A DNA stretch of 64,000 bases from Alphaproteobacteria bacterium (GTDB lineage Bacteria > Pseudomonadota > Alphaproteobacteria > SP197), in contig CBDAUG010000002.1 of NCBI GenBank assembly GCA_965200495.1, positions 198,623 to 262,622 on the forward strand. The letters run 5' to 3'. The stretch's first letter is position 1; every line of letters begins with the position of its first letter. Both the position numbers and the translations under genes were made by a program. This document shows, piece after piece, positions 9,458 through 19,700 of this stretch. The notes beneath the pieces were generated by a model. That model was not told the origin of the DNA. It made no database searches and saw nothing but the letters and a program-made list of their open reading frames with translations.

Positions 9458-10642
9458 TCAGGACTTCATGACGCGGTCGCGGTGGCCGAGCTTGCCTTCA
9501 ACCACCATGGTGCCGATGGCATCGAGGATGACCCGGCAGGCCAGCTGGGAGGTGTTGTCGTTGACATCGTAGGGCGGAGAGACCTCGACGACCTCCATGC
9601 CGCACAGGCCTTCGCGGGCGATCAGGCGCACCATCTCGAGAGCCTCGCGAGGCGTGAAACCACCGGGTTCCGGGGTGCCGGTGCCGGGCGCGAAACCGGG
9701 ATCGATGGAATCGATGTCGAACGAGAGATAGACAGCTTTTGCCCCCTTCCAGGCGAGCTCGAGGGCGACTTCCGCCGTCTTCCTGGTGCCGAGTTCCTCG
9801 ACGTCGGTCATGGTGAGCACACTCGTGCCGCGCTCACGGGCAATCTCGGAACCGCGCCTTGAGCCGTACCAGCCACCGATTCCGATCTGTACAAGGTTCT
9901 TGGGCGGACAGTTGGCGAGGCCGACATCATGCATGTGGGTATGGGCATGGTGGGATTCTGCCCGGTCGACACTCTCATGATCGTTCGACGTCCAGTACCA
10001 GGGTGTCGTGTGCATGCGCTCGTCCATGTCCATGTCGGCCATGTCGATATGCCGGTCGAAGTGGATGATGCCGACATTGCCGTCAATATGGGGCGCGATG
10101 CCACGGACGTTGGGATAGCCAAGGCTGTGATCGCCGCCCACGAGGATGGGAAAGGCGCCCGAGGTGTAGACGTGGGAGACAGCCTTCGAGACCTGATCGA
10201 AGGTCTTCTCGATGTTGCCGGGAATGACGAAGACATCCCCCGCATCAGCGAGGTCGAGCTCTTCGGGAAGATCGATGCCGCCATCAACGCTGTAACCGTC
10301 GTAGACTGCCGAAATGCGCCTGACCGCCTGGGGACCGAACCGGGTTCCCGGCCGGTAGGTCGTCCCGGTGTCGAAGGGGATGCCGACGAAGGCGGCCTCG
10401 TAGTCGCCAATCCGTCTGATATCCTCGCAGTAGGGCGCCTTCATGAAGGTGTTGATACCGGCAAAGGCCGGCAGATGGCCGCGGCTGAAGAGCGAGATGG
10501 TCCTGTCATTGATGGACCCGGCAGCCTCAAGACCGAACTCCAGGCCACGCCGTATCTCCTCTTCCTGCTTCGTCTGCGAAATGCGCTCCAGGCGATGGAG
10601 ATTGCGTGTACCCCTGAAGGCCTGATCGTTCCTGTCGGCCAC
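9458..10642 (-). CDS. arginase/agmatinase-family ureohydrolase (guanidino-compound hydrolase, substrate unknown)
   Basis: Metal-ligand blocks LVGGDHS, HFDRHID and SFDIDSIDPGFAPGTGTPEPGG. GTG start at 10642 is preceded by AGGAGG. It carries a His-rich insertion, ESHHAHTHMH. Confidence 0.85.
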   Translation of the reverse strand: MADRNDQAFRGTRNLHRLERISQTKQEEEIRRGLEFGLEAAGSINDRTISLFSRGHLPAFAGINTFMKAPYCEDIRRIGDYEAAFVGIPFDTGTTYRPGTRFGPQAVRRISAVYDGYSVDGGIDLPEELDLADAGDVFVIPGNIEKTFDQVSKAVSHVYTSGAFPILVGGDHSLGYPNVRGIAPHIDGNVGIIHFDRHIDMADMDMDERMHTTPWYWTSNDHESVDRAESHHAHTHMHDVGLANCPPKNLVQIGIGGWYGSRRGSEIARERGTSVLTMTDVEELGTRKTAEVALELAWKGAKAVYLSFDIDSIDPGFAPGTGTPEPGGFTPREALEMVRLIAREGLCGMEVVEVSPPYDVNDNTSQLACRVILDAIGTMVVEGKLGHRDRVMKS

Positions 10643-10707
10643 GTGGCGATCCTCCTAGTCTTGCCGGAGGGATAGTGCCGGAGCACCGATCATCAATCAA
10701 CGAGGGA

Positions 10708-10782
10708 TGGTGGGCGCGGCTGGGATTGAACCAGCGACCCCTACGATGTCAACGTAGTGCTCTCCCGCTGAGCTACGCGCCC
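10708..10782 (-). tRNA. tRNA-Val (anticodon GAC), CCA encoded
   Basis: The reverse complement GGGCGCGTAGCTCAGCGGGAGAGCACTACGTTGACATCGTAGGGGTCGCTGGTTCAATCCCAGCCGCGCCCACCA folds as a cloverleaf. Acceptor GGGCGCG/CGCGCCC, D stem GCTC/GAGC, anticodon stem CTACG/CGTAG with loop TTGACAT, T stem GCTGG/CCAGC with loop TTCAATC. Confidence 0.95.
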
Positions 10783-10951
10783 CATCGGCGACTAGATATC
10801 CGACCGCCCTCTGCCATGCAACCGGGGTTTGAGGCGCCGTTCGACGAACCGGGCCACGGACAACACGGCACTGCCTCAAGGAGTTCCTGAACCTTCCCGT
10901 CGGGGATGGGCGTTGCCGCCCTTCAATGCTCTCTTCTGCCTGGCAATCCTG

Positions 10952-11323
10952 GCCCATCTTTAACATTGGGTGCAAAAAATGATTGAGAATCAGCGGGGTA
11001 AGATTCGCAGTGGCACGACAAGTGGGATTGTGCGACTGGCCGCTCTACGAAATCAGGCGGGATGCTTAATTCACACGATGGTCTTGCGGGTGAATGTGGT
11101 GGAAGCGCGGATGAACACGGGATGACTGTAGGGCCTTGGGCGCACGACACAAGGCCCTCTCGCAAGACAATGGCACTACTAAGCCCGTTCAGCCATCACG
11201 TCGAGTCGGGCGACAATGTTAAGATATTGTTATGACGTGGCATTCACAAAATTCTGTCAGAGCCAGGAGGCACAGAATCCGGCAAATCAGCCCTTTCAGG
11301 TGGGGAAAATGTTAAAGATGGGC
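10952..11323. repeat. 372-bp non-coding segment bounded by a perfect 16-bp inverted repeat
   Basis: GCCCATCTTTAACATT at 10952-10967 and its exact reverse complement AATGTTAAAGATGGGC at 11308-11323. A third, 1-nt-shorter copy AATGTTAAGAT lies at 11215-11225. An internal 9-bp-stem hairpin AGGGCCTTG..CAAGGCCCT lies at 11130-11158. Confidence 0.5.
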
Positions 11324-11337
11324 TGACGAAGGCATCG

Positions 11338-12093
11338 TCAGTTCAGACCGCGTTCCTTCTTGATTCGATCCCAGGCGGCATTGATTTCGGCCATTTTTCG
11401 GTTGGCGACCTCGATGAACTCTTCCGGCAGTCCCTGGGCCGTGACGCGGTCGGGATGATTCTCCCGAAGCAGCTTGCGGTAGGCCGCCTTCACGTCACGG
11501 TCGCTTGTCTCTGCCGACACGCCGAGAATCTCGTATGGATCACCGGCGGTCTCGCCGGTCACCGTAAACATGCCTTCAAGACGCCTCATGTCAGTGGGCG
11601 AAAACCCGAAGATCCGCCCGACATCGTTGATGATGGTGCGCTCGGCGGCGTGATAGTGGCCATCGACGTGAGCCACCATCAGCAGGGCGCCGAGGAGATC
11701 CTCCCTCACCGCCCGCGCGTCACCGAGCAGGGCGGCGATCTGGTGGGCATAGGACTCGTAGCCGTCAGCGCTTTCCTTTGCGGCATTGAAGATGCGGGCG
11801 ACATCCGCCATCGCGGACTTCGGTACAGGGAGAACGCGTTTGAGCGCCTCGACCTCGTCGCGCGTGACACGGCCGTCAGCCTTGGCGAGCTTGGCGCCCA
11901 GGGCAATCACGGCCAGTGTGAAGGCAACCTGAAGTTCGTCCGTCGAGGAATTGCCGTGCGTGACGGCGGGCTTCTTTCCCTTCAGGGTCTGATCAACAAG
12001 ATGCCCGGCCGCAAGTCCCATCAGGGCGCCAAGCGGGCCACCCAGCGCGAAGAAGCCGACCGTACCACCGATAATCTTGCCCCAGACGCTCAT
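11338..12093 (-). CDS. djlA: DjlA-type membrane-anchored J-domain co-chaperone
   Basis: MSVWGKIIGGTVGFFALGGPLGALMGLAAGH matches the DjlA N-terminal TM. It has a central TerB-like region and a C-terminal J domain (DPYEILGV..AYRKLLRENHPDR). ATG 12093 forms an ATGA overlap with the upstream stop. Confidence 0.8.
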   Translation of the reverse strand: MSVWGKIIGGTVGFFALGGPLGALMGLAAGHLVDQTLKGKKPAVTHGNSSTDELQVAFTLAVIALGAKLAKADGRVTRDEVEALKRVLPVPKSAMADVARIFNAAKESADGYESYAHQIAALLGDARAVREDLLGALLMVAHVDGHYHAAERTIINDVGRIFGFSPTDMRRLEGMFTVTGETAGDPYEILGVSAETSDRDVKAAYRKLLRENHPDRVTAQGLPEEFIEVANRKMAEINAAWDRIKKERGLN

Positions 12094-12989
12094 GCAACGG
12101 TCTCCTGTTGTCGCAGGGATCCACGGGCGTGAAGGGATCCGCTGCGGATCCAGTCCGCCAGCGGATTGCGCCTTGCCCACTCACCCGCGTACCCGGCCAG
12201 AGTGCTGAACACGACGCCCTCGTGTTCGCAAAAGAAATCGATCAGACGCTCCAGCATCATCAGCCGGTGACCACGGCCAATCACCTGAGGGTGCATGGTG
12301 AGCGTGTAGATGCCGCCGGGCACATGAGAGTGCGCCCATGTGAATTCCTGGCGCCAGATTTCCTCGACGTGGGAGGCGGGTTTGAGACCGCCGCCCGTGC
12401 TGTCGAATTCAAAATAGGGAAAGTCATCGAGTCCCCAGGCGACGGGCAGTTCGACGATGTCGAGATGTGTGCCGAACGCGTAAGGCTCGGTTGCCGGAAC
12501 CCTGTCTCCGGTCCGCATGTAGTAGGGCGTGAAGTCGTCTCCCATGAGGCTTGAATCGTAGAGGAAACCGAACTCCTCGAGGAGGCCCGCCGTACGTTCG
12601 CTGAAATCCCAGGCCGGCGACCGGTAGCCGGCGGGTCGCACGCCGCATGTATTCTCGAGAGCCTCGAACCCGCGTTCCAGATTGCGCCGTTCTCCGGCCT
12701 CGTCAAAGTCCGCCGGGTTTTCATGAACCCAGCCATGGTGGGCGATGTCGTGCCCGGCATCATGAATGGCCCGGACCAGGTCAGGCCACGCAAGGGCCGT
12801 GTGTCCGGGTACGCAGAAGGTTGCCTGGATCGATCGGCGCTGGAGCAGGTTGAGAATGCGAGGGATCGCGACGGCGCCGAATTCGCCTCGGGAGATCATG
12901 CTGGGATTGCTTGAACGATAGGAGCCGATCCACACCGACATGGCATCGAAGTCAAAGGTGAGACAACAGGTCAGGCGCGGCTGGTCCAT
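12090..12989 (-). CDS. polysaccharide deacetylase (CE4/PuuE-like) family protein
   Basis: CE4 motifs LTFDFDA and HHGWVHE, and RSPAW. ATG 12989 is preceded by GGAGGG. Confidence 0.8.
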   Translation of the reverse strand: MDQPRLTCCLTFDFDAMSVWIGSYRSSNPSMISRGEFGAVAIPRILNLLQRRSIQATFCVPGHTALAWPDLVRAIHDAGHDIAHHGWVHENPADFDEAGERRNLERGFEALENTCGVRPAGYRSPAWDFSERTAGLLEEFGFLYDSSLMGDDFTPYYMRTGDRVPATEPYAFGTHLDIVELPVAWGLDDFPYFEFDSTGGGLKPASHVEEIWRQEFTWAHSHVPGGIYTLTMHPQVIGRGHRLMMLERLIDFFCEHEGVVFSTLAGYAGEWARRNPLADWIRSGSLHARGSLRQQETVA

Positions 12990-12994
12990 GGCCC

Positions 12995-13246
12995 CTACCC
13001 TCCGTCGATCGGCGGCATGATCACAAGGTGATCGCCGTCGGCGAGCCTGTAGTCCGACCACACTGCCTCCCTGACGACGCGGTCATTGACGAGTGCGAGC
13101 ACTGGCCGCTCCTTCAGTGCTCCGAGCCGGCCAAGGGCGCCAGCGAGTGTCGTGTTCTCCGCAAGATCCCACTGGCCCCTGCCGTCGACACCGATGTCGG
13201 CAACGGTCTCGCCGGCGTAGGCGGCCAGTCTCACCGATACCCTCAT
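12995..13246 (-). CDS. MoaD/ThiS-family small sulfur-carrier-like protein
   Basis: 83 aa, beta-grasp-sized, C-terminus ..VIMPPIDGG (terminal Gly-Gly). ATGA overlap with the AOR stop. Confidence 0.7.
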   Translation of the reverse strand: MRVSVRLAAYAGETVADIGVDGRGQWDLAENTTLAGALGRLGALKERPVLALVNDRVVREAVWSDYRLADGDHLVIMPPIDGG

Positions 13247-15069
13247 GACAAGCCAAGACGGTGAAGGGTCTGACCGCGCGGCACACCGTCCTCGTCCCAG
13301 CCACGCATCGTGTAGTAGTCGCCCAGCATGTCGCCGAGCCGGGCCACCATGCCCTTTGCCGTGCCGCCTGGTGCAGGGACGTTCAGCATGCGCAACGGCA
13401 GGGTGTCGTCGCGCCGTCCGAGGCCCGCAGCGATGTTGAAGAGCCTCTCCAGATTCCAGATTCTCTCACCCGTCTCGCGCAGACGTTCGGGCGTCCACGA
13501 CGACGCAAGGGCGCCATCAAGCATCGCCGCAACCTTCTCGATGGAGACAGCGGCCGCCGTAAAGGCACACAAGCCCGAAGAATCGAACATCGCGGCCCGT
13601 TCGTCCTGGGTCGATCGCACGATGTCGGCCTTGCCCTCAAGCTCGGTCGTGGCGAAATCCGAGGCGAAAGGGCTTGCGCGCAGGTGGCAGGCGCCACGGT
13701 TGGAGGTGGCATAGGCAAGCGCCATGCCCTGCATGGCGCGTGGGTCGTATCCCGGGAACTCCTGACCCTTGACCGTCATCGAGAATTCGGGTCTCGCGTA
13801 CTCTTGACACAGCCTTGCTGCGCCGAGCCCGATCTTGGCTCCGAATCCCTCCCCTCTGGCACAGGTCTCGACCATGGCCACGAGGCCCTTGGCGGAACCG
13901 AACGAAAGATCGACACCGGTTTCTTCCATCGTCACGACACCGGTCTCGAAGAGTTCCATGGCTGCTGCGAGGGCGCCTCCGAAGGAAATGGTGTCCATGC
14001 CGTGCTCGTTGCACACGAAGTTCGCGAATGTGACGGCATCGATGTCGTCCACGCCCACCATGGCGCCCAGTGCGAAGACGTTTTCGTACTCGAGCCCGCC
14101 CGAGGCCGTGTGATACTGTGGGCGCCCCTTCACCGAAAAATGCTCGGGATCGATCTCGGCAATGCGGCCGCAGGCAATGGTGCAGGCGAAGCACGCCTTG
14201 TTGGTGACCAGATTGACGGTGCCGTTCGGACCATGAGGGCCTTGCGAGGCCGCCACGTTCAGCCGCTCGGTTCCCTCGAAGGTGACATCGCGCTCGTTGC
14301 GGGTCGGCAGACTGCCATAGCTGTGCGTCATGTCGAGCATGGCATGGGTACCGTATCGCGCCAGACGGTGACGGGAAGGGTGTGCGGCAAGACCGGCCTT
14401 CGCGTCGGCGACCGCTGACATGAACAGGGCCGGATCATTGACCGCGACGCCCCGGCTTCCCCGGGCGGCAATCGCCTTGAGCTTCTTGGCTCCCATGACG
14501 GCGCCGACACCGGAGCGGCCTGCCGCGCGGTGCAGGTCGTTGACGACACACGCAAAGCGGACACGTTTTTCTCCCGCAAGACCGATGGAGGCAATCTTCA
14601 CGGCGGGATCCTGGAGTTCCGCCCGGATGGCCGGTTCGACCTCCCAGACCGAGCGTCCCCACAGGTGGCGCGCATCGCGCAATGCCACCCGATCATCATC
14701 GATCCACAACCACACCGGATGCGCAGAGGCTCCCTCGATGACGACCATGTCCCAGCCTGCAAGCTTGATCTCGGCGCCGACCTTGCCGCCGGAGTTGGAA
14801 CAGGCGATGGCGTTGGTGAGAGCGCCCTTGGTGACGACCGAATACCGTCCTGCTGTTGGCGCCATGGTGCCGGTAAGAGGACCCGTGGCGAAGATCAGCA
14901 CATTGCCGGGAGCCAGGGAATCCACCGCCGGATCCATCGCTTCCATCAGGTACTTCGATGCCAGGCCCCGTTGCCCGAGGAACTGCTCGGCCCAGCCCTG
15001 GTTCAGCGGCTCTGTTTCACAGCGTCCACTGCCCAGATCGACCCGCAACACGCGACCGGTCCAGCCCAT
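13243..15069 (-). CDS. aldehyde:ferredoxin oxidoreductase (AOR) family, tungsto/molybdopterin enzyme
   Basis: 608 aa from ATG 15069 (RBS GGAAGGA). MGWTGRVLRVDLGSG..FLGQRGLASKYL..GPLTGT..GRYSVVTKGALT matches the AFOR N-terminal domain, and the C-terminal domain is long. The tracked ORF extends to 15189. Confidence 0.9.
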   Translation of the reverse strand: MGWTGRVLRVDLGSGRCETEPLNQGWAEQFLGQRGLASKYLMEAMDPAVDSLAPGNVLIFATGPLTGTMAPTAGRYSVVTKGALTNAIACSNSGGKVGAEIKLAGWDMVVIEGASAHPVWLWIDDDRVALRDARHLWGRSVWEVEPAIRAELQDPAVKIASIGLAGEKRVRFACVVNDLHRAAGRSGVGAVMGAKKLKAIAARGSRGVAVNDPALFMSAVADAKAGLAAHPSRHRLARYGTHAMLDMTHSYGSLPTRNERDVTFEGTERLNVAASQGPHGPNGTVNLVTNKACFACTIACGRIAEIDPEHFSVKGRPQYHTASGGLEYENVFALGAMVGVDDIDAVTFANFVCNEHGMDTISFGGALAAAMELFETGVVTMEETGVDLSFGSAKGLVAMVETCARGEGFGAKIGLGAARLCQEYARPEFSMTVKGQEFPGYDPRAMQGMALAYATSNRGACHLRASPFASDFATTELEGKADIVRSTQDERAAMFDSSGLCAFTAAAVSIEKVAAMLDGALASSWTPERLRETGERIWNLERLFNIAAGLGRRDDTLPLRMLNVPAPGGTAKGMVARLGDMLGDYYTMRGWDEDGVPRGQTLHRLGLS

Positions 15070-15371
15070 GTCCCATCCTTCCTCTCGACATGTCCCGCGA
15101 AGGACGTGAAGGATAGACCCATTGAACCGTTGCGCCAAACAACTGACCGGCAGGAGGCCGTGATTTTCCGGTCGGCGCACGGCCATCAAACTGATCGTCC
15201 CGGCGTGATGCCCTCGCTGCTCTGGCGCGCTGGCCTGACGACGGGCTCTGCAGGAGAGATGCGCTGCGCAAACGCGCCACAGCCCTCGATCCTGACCGTC
15301 CGGCGGCCTGCCTTGTGGTCTGTCGATGAAAACGCGATATCCTGCCCGATACAGGACAGGCGGAGGCCAGC

Positions 15372-16127
15372 ATGGGTGGCAGACTGGAAGGCAGGCGCGC
15401 CATCATCACCGGCGCATCGAGGGGGATCGGCAAGGCAATCGCAGAGCGCTTTGTGCGTGAGGGTGCGATGGTCGTCGCCACCGCACGCCGGCCGCCGGCG
15501 GGCCACGACACCGGCTCCGTGATCTGGATTGCGGGCGACGTCTCTTCGCCAGCCCATGCCTCAACCGTGATCGGGACTGCAACGGAGCGTCTCGGCGGGA
15601 TCGATATCCTGGTCAACAATGCCGCCATGCAGATCGAAAAGACCATTACCGAGACCAGCGAAGACGAGTGGAACACCATCTTCAGCGTCAATGTGGGCAG
15701 CGTTTTCCTGTTCTGCCGGGAATCAATCCCCGTCATGACGCGCCAGGGCGGCGGCGCCATCATCAACGTCGGCAGTTACGACGGATTCGTGGCGGACCCG
15801 GGACTCGCCGCCTACTGCGCCACCAAGGGCGCGGTTCACGCGCTGTCACGCGCCATTGCCGTCGACCATGGACCTGATGGTATCCGTTGCAACGTCATCT
15901 GCCCGGGCTGGATCCAGACTGACATGATGGATGCGTATCTGGCGAGTGTATCCGATCCTGCAGAGGCCGCCCGCGCCCTCGATGCCAATCAGCCCGTTGG
16001 GCGTATCGGTCAAGCGGTTGATATCGCAGCCCTGGCGCTGTTTCTGGCAAGCGACGAGGCCGCCTTCACCACGGGTCAACTTTTCGTGTGTGATGGCGGA
16101 CTCACTGCCCGGGCGCCGCAACCCTGA
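15372..16127 (+). CDS. SDR-family oxidoreductase
   Basis: TGASRGIGKA cofactor motif, NNAA, catalytic YCATK. Confidence 0.9.
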   Translation: MGGRLEGRRAIITGASRGIGKAIAERFVREGAMVVATARRPPAGHDTGSVIWIAGDVSSPAHASTVIGTATERLGGIDILVNNAAMQIEKTITETSEDEWNTIFSVNVGSVFLFCRESIPVMTRQGGGAIINVGSYDGFVADPGLAAYCATKGAVHALSRAIAVDHGPDGIRCNVICPGWIQTDMMDAYLASVSDPAEAARALDANQPVGRIGQAVDIAALALFLASDEAAFTTGQLFVCDGGLTARAPQP

Positions 16128-16135
16128 ATGACGCC

Positions 16136-16780
16136 ATGGACATCACCGTCGACATGTGGTCGGATCCGACCTGCCCATGGTGCTACATCGCTTACCGGCG
16201 GTTGACAAAGGTTCTTCGCGAATTTTCCGGCGACCGCCCTGTCCGGGTCGTGTGGCGACCGTTCCTGCTGAATCCGGCGATGTCGGCCGACGGCATGGAA
16301 CGCAGTGCCTGGCTGGTGCGCGCCTTCGGCAGCGCCCGCTTTGCCGAGATCACCCTTGAGCGCATGACACAGCAGGGACTGGCGGAAGGCATTCCCTTCG
16401 CATTCAGCGCCATGGCGCACATGCCCTCGGCCCTGCGGGCTCACGCGCTCGTCCTGGGAGTCCGGGACAGTGCCCGGCAGAGCGGCGTGATCGACAGCAT
16501 ATTCCGGAGCCACTTTGTCGCCGGCCGGAACATCGGCGATGCAGCAGTCCTGGCGGACATTGCCGAAGGCGCCGGGTTCAACCGTGTCGAGGCTCTGGCC
16601 CTGATCGACAATCCGACCATGACACGACGTCTTCTCCACGATGCCAGGAAGGCCCGGGAGGGAGGTATCCGGAGCGTTCCCTTCCTTGTCGTCAACCGCC
16701 GTCTTGCCATTGGCGGCGCCCAGTCAGCCGATGTGTTGCGCCGTCTTGTCACCACCGCGCGCGACTGCGCACAGTTGTGA
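16136..16780 (+). CDS. DsbA/FrnE-like thioredoxin-fold oxidoreductase (cytoplasmic type)
   Basis: N-terminal WSDPTCPWCY (CPWC) with no signal peptide. The 3' end overlaps the mfd 3' end by 57 nt. Confidence 0.8.
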   Translation: MDITVDMWSDPTCPWCYIAYRRLTKVLREFSGDRPVRVVWRPFLLNPAMSADGMERSAWLVRAFGSARFAEITLERMTQQGLAEGIPFAFSAMAHMPSALRAHALVLGVRDSARQSGVIDSIFRSHFVAGRNIGDAAVLADIAEGAGFNRVEALALIDNPTMTRRLLHDARKAREGGIRSVPFLVVNRRLAIGGAQSADVLRRLVTTARDCAQL

Positions 16781-19700
16781 GGCAAGGCGCTCGGCGCCGT
16801 CAAGACGATCTTTCACCTTTTCCCAGGGCGCGCTGACGACCAGCGTCTGGTCGGGGCGCATCCTCACATGTTCGCCCTGCTCTGCGATCCACGTAATCAG
16901 GCGTTCCGGTTCCACACATGCCTCCCCGTGAAAGGCGACCACGGCGCCGCGCGGTCCGGCGTCGAGCCGGGCAATGCCGGCCCGCCGGCAATCGCCCTTG
17001 ATGGCAATGATCCTCAGGAGATTGTCGGCTTCCTCGGGAAGATCGCCGAAACGATCAACCAGTTCGTCACGCAGGTCATCGATCTGGGCGCGCTCGTCGA
17101 GCGCTGCAATACGCCTGTAGAGAGCGAGCCTCACGTCAAGGTCGCGGACCCAGGTATCCGGGATCAGCACTGCCGAGCCAAGGCCCACTTCAGGCGACCA
17201 GGAATGACGCGTTTCCTGTGACCGCCCTTCCCGTTCCGCACGGACCTTCGCGACCGCCTCCTCGATCATCTGCTGATAGAGCTCCACGCCGACCTCGCGA
17301 ATGTGGCCGGACTGTTCACGCCCAAGAAGATTGCCGGCACCGCGAATCTCGAGATCGCGGCTCGCCAGGGAAAACCCCGCACCCAGCGAATCCATCTCCG
17401 AGAGGGCCTTGAGGCGGCGCATCGCATCCTTGCCCGGTTTCATGCCTGGCGGCAACGTGATGTAGGCATAGGCGCGTGCGCGTGAGCGTCCGATTCGTCC
17501 TCGCAACTGGTAGAGCTGGCCCAGCCCGAAGCGATCGCAGCGGTGGATGATCATCGTGTTGGCGTTGGGAATGTCGAGTCCGGACTGGATGATCGTGGTG
17601 GTGACGAGAACATCGATCTGCCCATCGTAGAAGGCCGTCATGATGCTCTCGAGACTGTCCGGATCCAGCTTGCCGTGTGCCGTGGCGATTCGTGCGTCGG
17701 GCACCAGCTTGTGCAGGTCCTTGCGCATGCGCGCGAGGTCCGCAGTCCTGGGACACACCACATAGGTCTGGCCACCGCGCATGCGTTCACGCCTGATGGC
17801 CTCGCGGACGGTGACAGAATCGTACGTGCCCACGAATGTCCTGATGGCGAGCCGGTCTACGGGGGGCGTGACGATAAGGCTGAGGTCACGCACGCCGCTC
17901 AGGGCCATTTGCAGTGTCCGTGGTATCGGTGTCGCCGTCAGGGTGAGAACATGGACATTGCTCTTGAGCTGCTTGAGTCTTTCCTTGTGAGCCACGCCGA
18001 ACTGTTGCTCCTCGTCAATCACCAGAAGGCCGAGGTTGGCAAAGGAGATGGTGTGGGACAGCAGGGCATGGGTGCCAACCACGATGTCGACAGTCCCGCT
18101 TGCCATGCCCTTCCTCGTCGCTGTTGCTTCGCCGGAGGGCACGAGACGGGAAAGAAGAGCAATGTTGACAGGCAGATGCCTGAACCGCTCGACAAGGGTC
18201 TCGTGGTGCTGGCGCGCAAGCAGTGTCGTGGGCGCCACCAGCGCCACCTGGTAGCCTGCGAGGACTGTGGCGAGTGCCGCGCGCAGGGCCACCTCGGTCT
18301 TGCCGAATCCGACGTCGCCGCACACCAGCCGGTCCATCGCTCGACCGGACGCGAGGTCATCGAACACCTCGTCGATGGCCTTCGCCTGATCCTCGGTCTC
18401 CTGGAAGGCAAAGTGCGAGCAGAACTCGGTGTACGTCTCCTCATCGAGACGAATCACAGGCCCCGACTGCATGAGTCGTTCGGAGGCTGTCTTGAGGAGT
18501 TCTCCGGCCATCTCCTCGATGCGGTTCGCAAGCCGCGCCTGACGCGCCTGCCAGGCCGCGCTTCCAAGGCGATCCAGCTGGACACGCGCATCATGCGAAC
18601 CATAGCGCGACAGGGTGTCAATGTTCTCGACCGGCACCAGAAGCGCATCACCGCCCGCATAGTGAATACGCAGACAATCATGCGGTGCGCCGCCGATCAC
18701 AATCGTGTCAAGACCCTCGAACACGCCAATGCCGTGGTCGATATGGACGACGTAATCGCCCTCGGCGAGCTGCGATACCTCAAGGAGAAAGCGTTCTGCA
18801 TCACGCTTCGCACGACGCCGGCGTGGTGTCGTGATGCGATCACCGACAATGTCCTGCTCGGCGACAACACTGAAACTCCCGGTCACAAACCCGTGCTCGA
18901 GAGGCAGAACGACAACCGGGATGGATGAGTCCGGCGCCCGGGACCAGTCCTCCTGCCCTGCCCTGACCACGTCGTCGACACCGTGACTCTCAAGCATGGC
19001 CGCCAGATTGGCCTGGCTCGCCTCGGCCAGCGCCGCAACCATGACCCGACGCCCCCTCGACCTCTCGTCTGCGATATGACGGGCAACGGAATCAAAAAGT
19101 TGCAGACGAACGTTCATGCGCTCGAGAGCGAAATCCCGGGACCTCACACCCCCGGCATCGATGACCTCCTGCGATGGCGCATCGGGCGTGTCGGCCAGCA
19201 GCCTGATCGCCGTCCGCGACTGCGCCATCGCCGACCAGTCATCGATCGAAAGATAGAGTTCATCGGGAGGTGGCGCATGATAGGCAAGGCCATCATCGCC
19301 CTTTTCGGAAACGCGGTGCTCGAAATGATCGTCAACAGTGTCGAGGTGGGCGCGCAACGCATCCTCGACATCCCCGGTAAAGGTCAGGATCCAGTCGTTG
19401 CCAAGGTAGCCGGGGAAGGCGTCGAGGGTCTGATAGAAGAGGCCAAGCCAGTGCTCCATGCCAGGTGTTCGCACACCCTCGAGCGCCGATTCGTAAACCG
19501 GATCGGACAGTGACGTCATGCCGAAGAGTTCACGCCAGTGATCACGAAACCGCTTGATCGAGGCCGAATCGAGCGCCAGTTCGCTCGCTGGATCAATCGA
19601 GAGACTCTCAAGAGTTCCCGTCGAACGTTGTGTCAATGGATCAAAGGTGCGCATACCGGTGACCTCATCGCCGAAGAAGTCGAGGCGCGCCGGCTCGGCC

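Noticed and set aside
10643-10951. tRNA-Val as an integration site for a genomic island.
   Set aside because: There is no integrase gene next to it. I noticed no second copy of the tRNA 3' end elsewhere in the window. The gene on its 3' side is an ordinary metabolic gene with a normal composition.
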